Positions 1-12,880 are shown, numbered from the stretch's first letter. The stretch: DNA of 64,000 nucleotides from Eledone cirrhosa (GCA_964016885.1 OZ024740.1:85374001-85438000); one strand, 5' to 3'. Notes: generated by a model not told the origin, from the letters alone. Made by a program: numbers and translations.

Positions 1-233
1 TCACTTTGTGCGAATAACGCGCTATAACGCGTGTGGTTTTTAATTTGTTTTTATTTATCAGAGAATTAGACTTGAATTACGTGAATTTGTTTTACGCGCC
101 GCGTTCACGAATGTATCTTCGCGTAAAAATCGAACAGACTGTATATGCAAAAGGCAAATAGAAATAAGAAAGCAAAAGACACAGTACAATGAAGAAATAT
201 ATTAGTTTTACGCTTGATGCAGTAGGAAAAGAG

Positions 234-269
234 ACTCGACGTTTCGGGCGCTAACCCTTCATCAGAAAA
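234..269 (-). ncRNA. Minimal type-I hammerhead ribozyme motif (weak stem I) in a Penelope-like terminal fragment (~150-390)
   Basis: Reverse strand reads TTTT-CTGATGA-AGGGTTAGCGCCC-GAAA-CG-TC-GAGT: intact CUGANGA/GAAA/UH core; stem I pairs mostly by wobble. Confidence 0.6.
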
Positions 270-386
270 TAGGAGAAATTAATGAAGAAATAGAAAAAAT
301 AGAAAGAGTTATGAGTGGCAGAAACAAACAAAAAAAATTATTTTGTGAAAACAGGTCTATTCAGGTCAGCACCTCTTGGAAAACTC

Positions 387-600
<214 letters not shown>

Positions 601-867
601 ATTTTGAAAAAATGAAACGAAATTTCATTTCTCACTCTTAGTACGGCTGTTACTTAAATATAAGTATGTATACGTACATACATATATGTATACAGACGTA
701 CAGTAGTATGTATATATATATACATACATGCACACATATATATATGTACGTATGGATTCATCGAACATTTATTATAATGCTCGGTGTGTTTGTAAACAAA
801 CATCCCGAATTAAGCCGTACAGTGTCTAGCAACCATCGTTGCCCTTTTGTTCAACACTGACAAAGGA

Positions 868-910
868 ACGATGTACTAGTTTCAAGCTTATTAGCTATCG
901 TCAGCAACGT
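868..910 (-). ncRNA. Type-I hammerhead ribozyme
   Basis: Reverse strand ACGTTG-CTGACGA-TAGCT AATA AGCTT-GAAA-CTAG-TA-CATCGT; palindromic loop III (CTAG), GUA triplet; one stem I mismatch. Confidence 0.8.
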
Positions 911-1576
911 ATACCTTCCTGCCAGATGATTGAACGTCTGAAAGTATATACTTTCCTTATGCATATTAACGGCTGGGCAGCCTAATTTGCATATCGAGTG
1001 AGTTAATCGGCCAGGGTACCGAAAACGATAAACGGAAAAAATGAAACGAAATTTCATTTCTCACTCTTAGTACGGCTGTTACTTAAATATAAGTATGTAT
1101 ACGTACATACATATATGTATAAAGACGTACAGTAGTATGTATATATATATACAGACGATAGCTAATAAGCTTGAAACTAGTACAGCGTTCCTTTGTCAGG
1201 GTTGAACAAATGAGCAACGATGGTTGCTAGACACTGTACGGCTTAATTCGGGATGTTTGTTTACAAACACACCGAGCATTATAATAAATGTTCGATGAAT
1301 CCATACGTACATATATATATATGTGTGCATGTATGTATATATATATACATACTACTGTACGTCTGTATATATATATGTATGTACGTATACATACTTATAT
1401 TTAAGTAACAGCCGTACTAAGAGTGAGAAATGAAATTTCGTTTCATTTTTTCGGTTTATCGTTTTCGGTACCCCGGCCGATTAACTCACTCGATATGCAA
1501 ATTAGCCTGCTCAGCCGTTAATATGCATAAGGAAAGTATATACTTTCAGACGTTCATTCATCTGGCAGGAAGGTAT

Positions 1577-1619
1577 ACGTTGCTGACGATAGCTAATAAG
1601 CTTGAAACTAGTACAGCGT
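1577..1619 (+). ncRNA. Type-I hammerhead ribozyme
   Basis: ACGTTG-CTGACGA-TAGCT AATA AGCTT-GAAA-CTAG-TA-CAGCGT; stem I fully paired with one G-U. Confidence 0.85.
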
Positions 1620-1841
1620 TCCTTTGTCAGGGTTGAACAAATGAGCAACGATGGTTGCTAGACACTGTACGGCTTAATTCGTGATGTTTGTTTACAAACA
1701 CACCGAGCATTATAATAAATGTTCGGTGAATCCATACGTACATATATATATGTGTGCATGTATGTATATATATATACATACTACTGTATGTCTGTATACA
1801 TATATGTATGTACGTATACATACTTATATATATAATTTGTA

Positions 1842-4160
1842 CTAGCAGAAGTACCCGGCGTTGCCCGGGTGTAAGTCGACCTTTGGTCTGTTAGAATGTG
1901 TGAAAGTTACTTCCCAGCGCATCACAGGTTCAAAACTTCGAACTTCAATGAAAAAAAATAGGTTAGTAGACGCAGGTGTGTAATTTATTAATTGTAGTTA
2001 CACAGTGTATCGTTGAAATTGTTCTCTGCGCGACTGACGGAAGTCAAAATCGCTTGATATTGAATGTTCAGTTAATTTAAAGCAGGGTGAAAATGTCGAT
2101 TTTTTTTCACGGTTTTTTTTTTTTTTACAATTTTTCCGCTCACATGTGCAGAAGAAGAATTAAAAGGCCTTTATCTTAACCGCGGCATAATGGCGAGTCT
2201 TTTGTGACAGTTTTGAAGAATATCGGACGTTCCTGTAAAAAGTTTTCCCATGTGTAACTTTGCCTTGTTTTTTTGCGCAAAGTCGAGCCCCGCTTCAGTT
2301 TTATTGATTTTTTACATCAATGCGTGACCTCTGAAGTAGATTTGAGTAGCTAAAAACCTGTCCCGGTAAATTTTCTATAGGTGAAAAAAAGTTGATCAAT
2401 ATTGTATCTAGGGTTATTGCCCTTTGCAACAGCCTCAACGTGTCTTCAAGTATGGTTTGTTAATTTGCTGTGGAACTAAATCTACTTTCGTCAAATCGGA
2501 CCTAGGAATCAATATTTCCATTTCTCTTTCTAGCTAGTGTATCCGGATACACACGGGTTTATAAGGCGCTGGATTTAAATAAATGAAGAACAAGCGTTTC
2601 CTTTTGTGCTCCAATCTGTGATATTGGTATTTTGAAAAAATAGTCCACAAACATTCATGGAGCATGTGTAACGCATGTATCAGGTTATGAGAAAAAGGGT
2701 TTTCGATTCTCCATACATAAGATACAAAAAAATTGCACGCAAATAAAACGGGATTTTAAGGCACTGCCCAATTCATAGCTGAAAGGTAAGAATCAAGTGG
2801 AATAATGTTTTGCGACATTGTCAAATGTACAACCGTACAAAAGCAAAGGATATAGCCATTGAAATCTAGGTAGACCAAGAATTTGGTGGTGTTGTATATC
2901 ACAGGATTGTTTTCCTTGTGATTCGCGTCTACCCTACAAAGTGAAGTTAGGTGATTGTAGTCGGTGTTGTATAAAAAAATAAAAGCATACGGAAGATTGA
3001 ACACTTACGAATTAAGTGAAAATCACGTTGATATTCCTATCGGAGCAAAATGTGCCGAAAAACCTGATGGATTGTTGTGTCAATATTGAAATCGTAGAAA
3101 TTGCGAATCCCGACCTATAAGATATAATGGCTAGGCCTTGGAGGTGAAGGGGAAGACTTGGTATAATTGTTTTGCTGAACATTTTGACCATTAATTTAAA
3201 TAGACATGCGGTTTGGTTGTTTATGACCTAGAATGAGGGCCGGTTAAACGCGGCAGAAAAATAAGCCATGTTGATGATGTTTAGGGGCGTCGCAGGGAAT
3301 AGATGAGGAGTTGTGAGTCAATTGTGAGGACAGTGGATGCATGTTGATCGCTTTAGAAGACGCGATGCTACACAGGATGCTTCTCGGCCAAAATGTGTGC
3401 ACGTGTGCGCAATTAATTGCAAATACGCTCATAACATTTAGTCGTAAGCAGAACAAAAAATGCCATTAGAGGTGGGCTAATAATGAAGACACAAACCCTG
3501 GTGAACTTACGTTTAAACACCCGAAAAGTTACTCACTTCCTGTGCAAAAGACTGTAACAGTAGTATTATAAATTAATTAATTTTTTAGAACCTTTTGTTT
3601 AAAAAAGGAAAACATTGGATACGGACGTAACATTTTTTACAACTTTGTATGTGTACAATACAACTTGGTCAACGTATTATTTAGTAATTTTTTTTTTCAA
3701 AAAGCATTATTATTTAAGACTGTTTGAAAATTTACTCACAGCTTTTAGCATCACAAAAGACACCATTAAATTTGCTTCCCTTTTCAGATAGGGATAATAC
3801 TGTATTTCCACTTGAATAAGGTGGAATATGAAAAGATAAACTCTTTAATGGTCGGTCGTTTACTGAGACAGCTGGCCGTCCAATCAATAACGCACGTCCT
3901 TATATGGGCATATGAAATTTATTTTTATTGCGCCAGATGTAAACTAAGAGTTCTTGTGTTCGAATTCACATAAAATTTCATTGGAATCGAAAAACATTGT
4001 CATAGGGCCCGATTATCGATTTTTCGAAAATTTCAAGTAGCCTATTCCACTCTACACGTTGAGTTTTATATATGTGTGAGGTTTCATGAAAATTGGATGA
4101 ACGGTGTAGCATGCAAGTTCGGAAACCAAACAATGCCCATCTTCACTTTATATATAGAGA
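1842..4160 (-). mobile_element. Non-autonomous Helitron (2.3 kb, no recognisable ORF)
   Basis: Minus strand starts TCTCTATATATAAAG and ends with hairpin CCCGGGCAACGCCGGG then TACTTCTG-CTAG; inserted between A and T with no TSD. Confidence 0.85.
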
Positions 4161-4376
4161 TATTTGAAATGTACCCCTTTCAAATGTAACTATCTCTCTC
4201 CACTTTCTTCTGCCTTCTGAAGTACTTTACCCGATTTATAATGAACGGATATTATTATCACGGTCATTTACGTTCTGTGTTCAAATCTCGTCGAGGTTAA
4301 CTCAACCTATTCTTTACACACGTGTGTGTGTGTGTACTACGTTTGAGTATATAAGTATGCATGCATGTATGTAAGG

Positions 4377-4421
<45 letters not shown>

Positions 4422-5147
4422 TGTATGTATATATGTATATGTATGCTTGTATGTATGTATATGTATGCTTGTATGTATGTATAAGTGTGTATGTATGTAT
4501 GAATATAAACTACGTGTAGTAATCACGTTTTGCGTCTTACAATATCTCTACGGTAGTAGCTCCCCGCGTCATGACTTTTTCTCGAAGGTTCGTTGGTACA
4601 CCACAGGAAATCCCCCTCCTTTGTATTCTAGTCTCTGTATCTTCAGACGCAAAGGATGGAATGGGGTCTGTCTAAAATGAAATTCTATACGTAAAGTAAG
4701 AACATCATCTTTGAGTTATCGCTTTGAATGTTAAGGGAGCCCTTTCTCGTTTTGTTGGGCTTTTAGTATATATTTATTTCTATATTTTATCTTGTAATAT
4801 TTTCAATGTTTTTGTTATTGTTGTTGTTGTTTCCTGGAAATAATGGGATATAGGTTTGTAGAAACATGACGTTTGTCATACTATATTACTACTGATAAGT
4901 GAAAGCCGACAGTTATCAAGACAAACGCATATACAAACATATATTTACACATATATTTAGAACATACTTTCAGGTTTACAGACGTCTACACAATCCCAGA
5001 CAGAAGGTATAAGAATTTACAATTCCTCACCATCCCCCGTACACATACACACACTTCTGTTCTATCCATATATCCTTACATTGCCGGCATGTTGTGCCAC
5101 AAAAAATCAGCAAATCCTTTTGCTCAACTCTAGGTGCGCGCAGATAC

Positions 5148-5229
<82 letters not shown>

Positions 5230-5559
5230 ACTCACTCTCCCTCTCTCTCTACACACGCGTACATACCACATGCATATGTATCATTTAGTTATATATATAT
5301 ATATATGTGAACATTTGAAGATGTGAGCATCCTAAAAACAGAAAATAACTGTAATAACAGTCGATTACTATCGATAATACTTGAAAAAATTGCGTAAATT
5401 CCTCTAGTGACTGAAAAAAAGGTATATATATCCAGATATATACAGATAATTTTAGGACACACTGCGATAGATTAACCAGACTTTCCTTTCGATGTATCAT
5501 CACCAGACCTAAGTTCCAATGAAATGACGATACTTGATTATAGATGTATCTTGCTCCTT

Positions 5560-5897
5560 TGACACAAGGGTGCAAGAAAAGGAGAAGATTAACATGTACC
5601 AGTATCTAAAGTGGGAATTGAAAAGGATATGGGACCCTTATAATATCAACGTCGTCCCCATTGTCATAGGAGTACTATCTCTAAGAGTGTCCAAGGCTGG
5701 CTAAAGAACATTAGCCCAGCCCCCTTTTTGTTTTTGGAACATTTCAAACGACATGCCTACTGGGGACAGCAAGGACCCTCCTAAACGTCCTGAATATCTA
5801 AGGCTGTGGGTAGCGGCTTGATGTTCATTAGGGAAAATTTTTCGGTCAAATAGCATCAAGGCCTGAGATATCAATTTCAAATTCATAATGATAATAA
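5560..5897 (+). mobile_element. Degenerate 3' fragment of an R4/Dong-type (restriction-like endonuclease) LINE
   Basis: Translates to KEKINMYQYLKWELKRIW..VVPIVIG..CLLGTART; resembles the 37020-37232 ORF; ends in a (TAA)n-like tail. Confidence 0.6.
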
Positions 5898-5899
5898 TT

Positions 5900-6112
5900 G
5901 TTTCTACTTTAGGCACAAGGCCAGTAATATGGGGGAGGGGAAAGTCGATTAAATCGACCCCAGTACATTACTGGTGCTTTATTTTATCGACACCGTAATG
6001 ATGAAAGGCAAAGTTAACCTCGGCGGGATTTGAACTCAGACCGTAAAGGACCGTAACTCTATGCAGCAAAGCATGGTGTCTGATCTCTACCGCTACTGTC
6101 AATCCACCACCC
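5900..6112 (-). mobile_element. tRNA-derived SINE (MetaSINE-like core), family A
   Basis: B-box GAGTTCAAATCC and core GGTTAACTTTGCCTTTCATC...GTCGATAAAATAAAG(C/T)ACCAG; about ten related copies in the window. Confidence 0.85.
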
Positions 6113-6429
6113 TTATGACAATAATAATCGATTATGTATTATAGCTACAATGAGAGGCTACTACAGAGACAGATTACAAGAAGTGTGAAAAAACAAATGT
6201 ATTTGAAAAGAGATGGTATATACAGTTCAGAAAATGCGACAATGCCTCCACCGATTCAGGATTATCCTGACTATGAGGAGTAGTACTCTCCCCACCCCCT
6301 CTCACTCTCTCTTTCATCTGTCATTCCTCGATGCACAGGTCCATGCTGAAAGTATGTCCATTCACTCGAGCCACACTCATCCCTCTCATCCACCTTGCAA
6401 CAAACGTACTGGAGGGCAGCACCTCCGTC

Positions 6430-6940
6430 TCCACTCCTACCATCATCTTCCCTCTCACCATCCTCTCCACCTCCACCATTATCTCCACCCACAATACCCT
6501 CTACACTCCCATTTTCCTCTCCACCCACTACTCAAACTATCTTCGCCCAATTTTTTCTCCCCCCACCATCCTCTTCACCCAACACCATCTTCTCTATTCC
6601 CACAGCAACCTCTACTCCTCCTACCATCCTCTCAAACACCATCATTATCTCCACCCCCACACCATCCTCTCCAACCCACATTATCTTCTCTACCCCCACA
6701 CCGTCATCTCCACCACACACCATTATCTCCACCACACACTCTTATCTCCACCCCATCATCCTCACCACCCCTACAGCATCCTCTCCACCACACACCATTA
6801 TCTCCACCCCACCATCCTCTCCACCCCTACAGCATCCTCTCCACCACACACCATTATCTCCACCCCCATATCATCCTCTCCACCCACGCACCATCCTCTC
6901 CGCCCACGCACCATCCTCTCCACCCACACACCATCCTCTC
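6430..6940. repeat. C-rich degenerate minisatellite (CCATCCTCTCCACC.. / CCATTATCTCCACC..)
   Basis: ~18-22 bp units by inspection; explains the His/Pro/Ser-rich ORFs. Confidence 0.9.
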
Positions 6941-7169
6941 GGCCTAAGAAATGAGACGGGGACAGCCTCCTCGTTACATTAACGTGCAAATGACTACATT
7001 CCACAGACACGTATCCCTATAAGGTATTTCTCAGGGAGATTCAACGTAACACAGTGTGTGACAAGACCAGCCCATTAAAATACAGATGTCTCTTAACAAC
7101 TCTAGTGTCTTCGGCAGCGACTCTCGGAATCCAATACATACATACGTGGAGAGCGAGAGAGCGGGAGAG

Positions 7170-7274
<105 letters not shown>

Positions 7275-8191
7275 CACCCTTGGGGGATCGAGCGAGGGAA
7301 TCGAAACTTTTTAATTTGAAAATGAGATTGAATACGTGACAGAAGCTAGTCGCAATAAAGACTACCGCTAAGTAGCGACGGTTCGCCTTACTGAAAGCTT
7401 TCTATTGATTCAAACTAATCTCAAATCCACAGATTTTCACATGAGGTGGATATTATCGTGGATAGATCTGTTTGGTATTGATCATGTTGGCGCTTCTCCG
7501 ACAAAACTACTGACGACAAACGCCAGCCTTTTTGTTAGCATATTCGCCAAAATCTTAGCTTTACATACAGTAGAGTTACGGGTCGGAAATTATCAGTAAT
7601 GTCAGCCTTATTCGCAATAATAAATTATAAATATTGTATATTGTTGTTTTGTTCAAATTTTTTTTAAAAGTATTTGATTGCGTGTTAAGAGAATACGATT
7701 ACAATTATGTGGTAAAAAGGCTGGAAACCTAGATCAAATTTCCTGGTTCACAAAGTTGGCTATTTGAGAATAATAGAAAAGAAAATGAGGAAATATGGAT
7801 GAATGGTCTTAAATCATGAGTTTTTGGCAACATCATGGTTGCTTACATATGTAAGGAGCCAGAGGTTTTTATTAGAGGAAGGAAAATACAGAATGCTGTG
7901 TTCCTGTTTTTCTTTTTTATACTGCTGATGTAAGAAAAATGTTCCCAGTTGGAAATGGAAACAATGTCACATGCTCAATTCCATTCGCCGGCAATACATT
8001 ACGGAACTGCGGCACTGCATTGGTAACAAACATTTCTTTTGAATAGAAACGATGCCAATTTTTCGAAAGGTAGTAGGAAGCAGACAATGGAATCTACCTT
8101 CATATATCACTGATATTTCTGTTCAAAATGGTGAAAGACAAATCAACCCTGAGAAATGTGAAATACTAGTTGAGTAACGCATCGACCAGTT

Positions 8192-8347
8192 CAGGGCTGG
8201 ACGTAAGCCAATTGCACCAATCGCTACAAATTGGGCCCCTCGCTAGAGTAATCATCTGCTCTTAGATTGTCAAGTACACACATACAATACAACCGCAATA
8301 TATGTGTTAGACCCAATTTTGCCCCGCACATCCTAAGGCAAGCCCTG
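8192..8347. mobile_element. Small MITE-like element, possibly hAT-derived
   Basis: Ends CAGGGCT...AGCCCTG with internal AATTGGG/CCCAATT; no clear TSD. Confidence 0.4.
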
Positions 8348-9889
8348 AATCACTCTACTTGTGTCAGACACCGGCTGTCCTCAAGCACACCCTCATGAAA
8401 ATAAACAATGTATTTTCTTCAATCAACTTCGATGGAACAAGATATAGTTTCTTCTACATTTTATGACTTCAAGCGTCCTTTCGTCTTCATTTCTTTTCTT
8501 GTTTTCGTCTGCACATTTCAAGCCCACAGTTAACTAAATGTTAGAATATGAAATTAATTTAATACATTTAATTAATTAATATAAATTTAATTAATTTCTA
8601 CATAGTTCTTTGGCTCTTTAATTTTCTTTGAAGTACTGTGGATTAGGCGTGTTGGAACGTTTTAGTTCGCTTTCCAAATTCTCACGACTCTATGGCAGTA
8701 ACGTTGTCACGCAAACACAGCTATGGCTAAGTGGTTACGAAAACTCGCTGAGGCTCGATTCTGCTGCGTGACATTTTGGGCAAATGCTTATACCAAAACC
8801 TTGGCTCCATCAACCTTGTAGATAGAATTGGGTTGGCAGAAACTTGATGGATTATAACTGTAATTCAAAGGTCTAGCCTTGTCATAAAGTGTCCCACTAA
8901 TTCTGCTTAACAATTACGTTAACGGTACACAGTATCTGTGGAATACTAAACCATTCACACGTTAATTCACGAGCTGGAAGTTTAGTTAATCGAACAACTT
9001 AATTCTCATCGTTGAAACCGAGTGAGGATCCATCATCCACTCTGCCACACAAAGCAGGGAACCAGGCTCTATATTGCAGTAATTTTCTAGTACCGAACGA
9101 AAGCTACTAGCAAAGATTAGGCAAACATTTGACTTGAATATATGAGATCGATGTTTTAAACAAATGGTACTGTAGTGGAATAACAAGACACGATAGAGAG
9201 AAGGTTCCTATCGACTCGATGAAAGAGGGTCGTTGCCATCACCAAACTTCATTAGATTGTGGGCTCAGTTGGGCCTCCTGTCCTGGAGGAATATGGTATA
9301 TTCCTGTAGGAATAGAGGAGGAAGATGTGGAGAGGAAAAAGAGGAAGAAGAGATGGCAGACAAGAAGGAAGAGAATGAACATCTGACTATACAAATAAGT
9401 GCATCCCATAATACATCGGGTTGCAGGAGCGTCTAATGAAGACATCGTTTGCGTGAAGCAAGTCTAATTCAAATCAAATTGGTGAATAACATTCCCCATT
9501 GAGACAATACATAAAATATAAGCTGGAATGCTTTTGATCACATCTCTTTTTGTTCATCGTAGACTGTGGCTAAACAATAATAACGCACGACAAAAACATT
9601 CCTCTTCGTGCTATGATCATGGAAGGAATTGAATTAAGCCCCAAAAGTTAATAAATTAATAGTTTATATACATTGTACTTTCAGAGTAGAACTATACCTC
9701 TATATTTGCTGCTAGTGTCCCTGAGCCGGTTTGGGTTTATATGTTTGGTCTTGAACACCGCAGCCAGTTAAAATTCCGCGTTATATTAATAGAAGTATCA
9801 AAATACAGACATCCTAGACCTCACCCAGAGAAAAGTTCCTCAACTAATTGGAAGTCGCATTTTTTCTTAATATATATCTTAATTATTTA

Positions 9890-10208
9890 TCAACACGAAT
9901 GCCACACCTACTCAAGTGGCAACCTGGTACGTTCGGAAACTATCCCAAGCCCTGCTGCTCACCAAGCCGAAGAGGGCAAACTATCCAAGTATTGGCCGCT
10001 CTCAGATAGGTTTGTGGTAGAGCCTGTAGCAGAGGAGTCTTCCGACGTTCTTGGGCCCCGGACCACATCCCTACTCACTGCTATCGGAATGGAGTTGGTC
10101 GCCCGCAAGTGCGAGCCCCGTGAGGTAGAGTGGCTGTTCCAGCGCACCCCCCTCTCTGTCCTCCGGGGTAATGTATTCTCCATCCTGTCGGCCGGGACCC
10201 AGAAGTGA
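9890..10208 (+). mobile_element. 3' fragment of a CRE-type LINE (restriction-like endonuclease C-terminus)
   Basis: AEEGKLSKY..FVVEPVAEE..G..EPREVEWLFQR.SL.VLRGN..SIL; homologous to the 57617-58030 fragment. Confidence 0.65.
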
Positions 10209-10360
10209 ATGGTAAGTTAGTTGGAAGTAAAGGATACTCGTTTGGACGTCACTTTCTCTCTTTCTTTAAAACTCTATGACTCTTCTCTAAATTACTAAGA
10301 GCAAATGGGTATATATACCCAACAAATACGATTCCTTGTGGTGATTGGATCATATACACC

Positions 10361-10403
10361 TCTTCTGATGAGGGTCCAATTAGATCCGAAAATCGATTAA
10401 AGA
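10361..10403 (+). ncRNA. Minimal type-I hammerhead ribozyme
   Basis: TCTT-CTGATGA-GGGTC CAATTA GATCC-GAAA-ATCGAT-TA-AAGA; palindromic loop III ATCGAT. Confidence 0.75.
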
Positions 10404-10567
10404 AGTTTATTAGTTTTTTTTCAATTTACAGGGAAATTCGTATTTTTTGGCATTTTAACATGCCTTCATATTAGATATGTATATATATTTATACACGTTA
10501 GTGCATAAATATATATACATATTTAATAACTTTAACATACACATTGGCTGCTAGCGCACTTCTTAAT

Positions 10568-10615
<48 letters not shown>

Positions 10616-10830
10616 TTCGTTTCTGAATTTGTTTAGCAAGATTCTTTATCTGAAATCGTGTGTTGAAACCGATATTGTTATACTTTGGGAGGGTCATGTT
10701 GCCAATAAGAAACACACGCACCAGTTGCTTTCACTTCAATTTAATTTAATATATATTTATAAATTTACAAATTTATAAATTTCTGGTTGGTTGGTTGGTT
10801 CCACAACCAGATAGTTGTTTATATATATAT

Positions 10831-10875
10831 AGTCATAGTTCTTTCGTCACACACTCTGTGACCTCTTCAGTGACT
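10831..10875 (-). ncRNA. Type-I hammerhead ribozyme (left arm)
   Basis: Reverse complement of 10985-11029. Confidence 0.7.
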
Positions 10876-10984
10876 GGGGATTTCTTTCTTCGTTTCTGTG
10901 CCTTTCCTTTCTTCTATCCTACGCCATGAAAAATGGCGTAGGATAGAAGAAAGGAAAGGCACAGAAACGAAGAAAGAAATCCCC

Positions 10985-11029
10985 AGTCACTGAAGAGGTC
11001 ACAGAGTGTGTGACGAAAGAACTATGACT
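10985..11029 (+). ncRNA. Type-I hammerhead ribozyme (right arm)
   Basis: AGTCA-CTGAAGA-G GTCAC AGAGTGT GTGAC-GAAA-GAAC-TA-TGACT. Confidence 0.7.
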
Positions 11030-11180
11030 ATATATATATAAACAACTATCTGGTTGTGGAACCAACCAACCAACCAGAAATTTATAAATTTGTAAATTTA
11101 TAAATATATATTAAATTAAATTGAAGTGAAAGCAACTGGTGCGTGTGTTTCTTATTGGCAACATGACCCTCCCAAAGTAT

Positions 11181-11261
<81 letters not shown>

Positions 11262-11840
11262 CATGTCAGTGTGTGCTTGTGTGCGTGTGCTTGTGTGTTT
11301 GCTTGTGTGTGCTTGTGTGTGTGTGTATGTGTGTGTATGCTTGTGTGTGTGTGCGTGTGTGTGCGCATGTGCATGTGTGTAAAAAGGACTGAATGGCCAC
11401 GCCTGGATTGCCTTTGATCATAGGTCTACACAATGAGGTCAGACCTGGGACAAAACAACGTGAAAAATCAATATTAGCAATAACATAAATAGGTATGTCG
11501 GTGGGTGGGGTATGTGGGTAGCTAGTCCGGCCTTTAATGAGATTTGCTGTGTTAAGAATATAACAAGTTATGAGCAGGAGAACAGTGTAATGGAAGAGAA
11601 AATATAGAGGGAGGGAGGGAGTATGAGAGAGTGCATGTGTATCTGTGTGTGGGAGTGTGTGTGAGAGAGAGGGAGAGAGAGGGGGAGAGAGGGGGGGAGC
11701 GATTGTGAGAAAGTAATAGATAAACGAAACGAGGGTGTGTGTGTGCGTGCGTGTGTAAATGCATGCATCTGTGTGTGTATGAGAGTGAGAGGGGGAGAGG
11801 AGAGAGAGAGAGAGAGAGGGTTGAAAGAGCAGATAAATAT

Positions 11841-12012
<172 letters not shown>

Positions 12013-12109
12013 ATAAATGTGAGAAACGGATACAGAAAAACGAGGAAGTACGTACTACTATTATTATTACGGTTATTATTCGGGTTGCAGACAGCAGGCG
12101 AGCAGACGT

Positions 12110-12123
12110 GTTGCTATGGTAAC
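12110..12123. promoter_or_regulatory. Candidate RFX X-box
   Basis: GTTGCTATGGTAAC fits the palindromic X-box (GTTGCCATGGCAAC-like) and lies in a short unique island between microsatellites. Confidence 0.45.
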
Positions 12124-12225
12124 CACATCAGCTCCGCATCGCCAACCCATGTCATTCTTTAATTCTAGTATTCTGGATCTTTCAATGTTCTTTTTTTGTT
12201 TTGTGTGTGTTCGTTAATTCTGCTA

Positions 12226-12273
<48 letters not shown>

Positions 12274-12880
12274 TATACGCATCCACACGCATGCACGTAT
12301 ACATGCATGTACACACACACCTCTTCAAAGAAATGCTTATACATACCCACTCAGATATATTAACTAATTATATATAAATGTGTGTATATGCGTGCATGTA
12401 ATAAATAAATGTATGCATGTATGGGTATATGGGTGCATGCACGTATGAATGCGTATATGTATATATCTGTGTGTATGTATGTATGTGGGTATGTATGCAT
12501 GTACGTATGTACGTACGTATGTATGTATATAGTTATGTACATACGTACCTATGTATGTGTGTATGTATGTGCATGTAATAAATATCTGTATGTATGCATG
12601 GATTTATGGATGCATGCATGCGTATATGTATGTATGTATGCACGTATGAATGCATATATTTATATATGTGTATATGGATATATGTGTATGTAGGTATATA
12701 TGTATGTATCTATGTATCAATGTATGTGTGTAAATGCATGTATGTATGTACGTACGTACGTACATATATATGTACGTACGTACGTATGTACGTACGTACG
12801 TATGTATGTATGTATGTATGTATGTATGTATGTATGTATGTATGTATGTATGTATGTATGTATGTATGTATGTATGTATG

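Larger units (their letters stand above)
606..1829. mobile_element. ORF-less ~431-bp HHR-containing unit, tandem plus inverted (locus 1); retrozyme-like / non-autonomous Penelope-like element
   Basis: Unit start AAAAAATGAAACGAAATTTC at ~607 and ~1036; orientation flips at ~1152; GACGATAGCT recurs at 1154 and 1585 (431 bp); near-identical family at 60817-62244. Confidence 0.85.
10617..11188. repeat. Near-perfect palindrome (arms 10672-10927 / 10933-11188, 5-nt loop) plus a ~55-nt left-only tail, inside (TA)n; Penelope-like terminal repeat
   Basis: Arms mirror around 10930 (TACGCCAT-GAAAA-ATGGCGTA); each arm carries an HHR. Confidence 0.9.

Noticed and set aside
666-1821. Repeated 64-68 aa ORFs, also at 60828-62103
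   Set aside because: By-products of the repeat unit; frames are not conserved between loci.
4565-4650. Minus-strand CTGAAGA...GAAA with GCGT/ACGC
   Set aside because: No stem II and no valid NUH triplet.
6213-6982. His/Pro-rich ORFs of about 200-244 aa
   Set aside because: Open in all frames because of a C-rich minisatellite.
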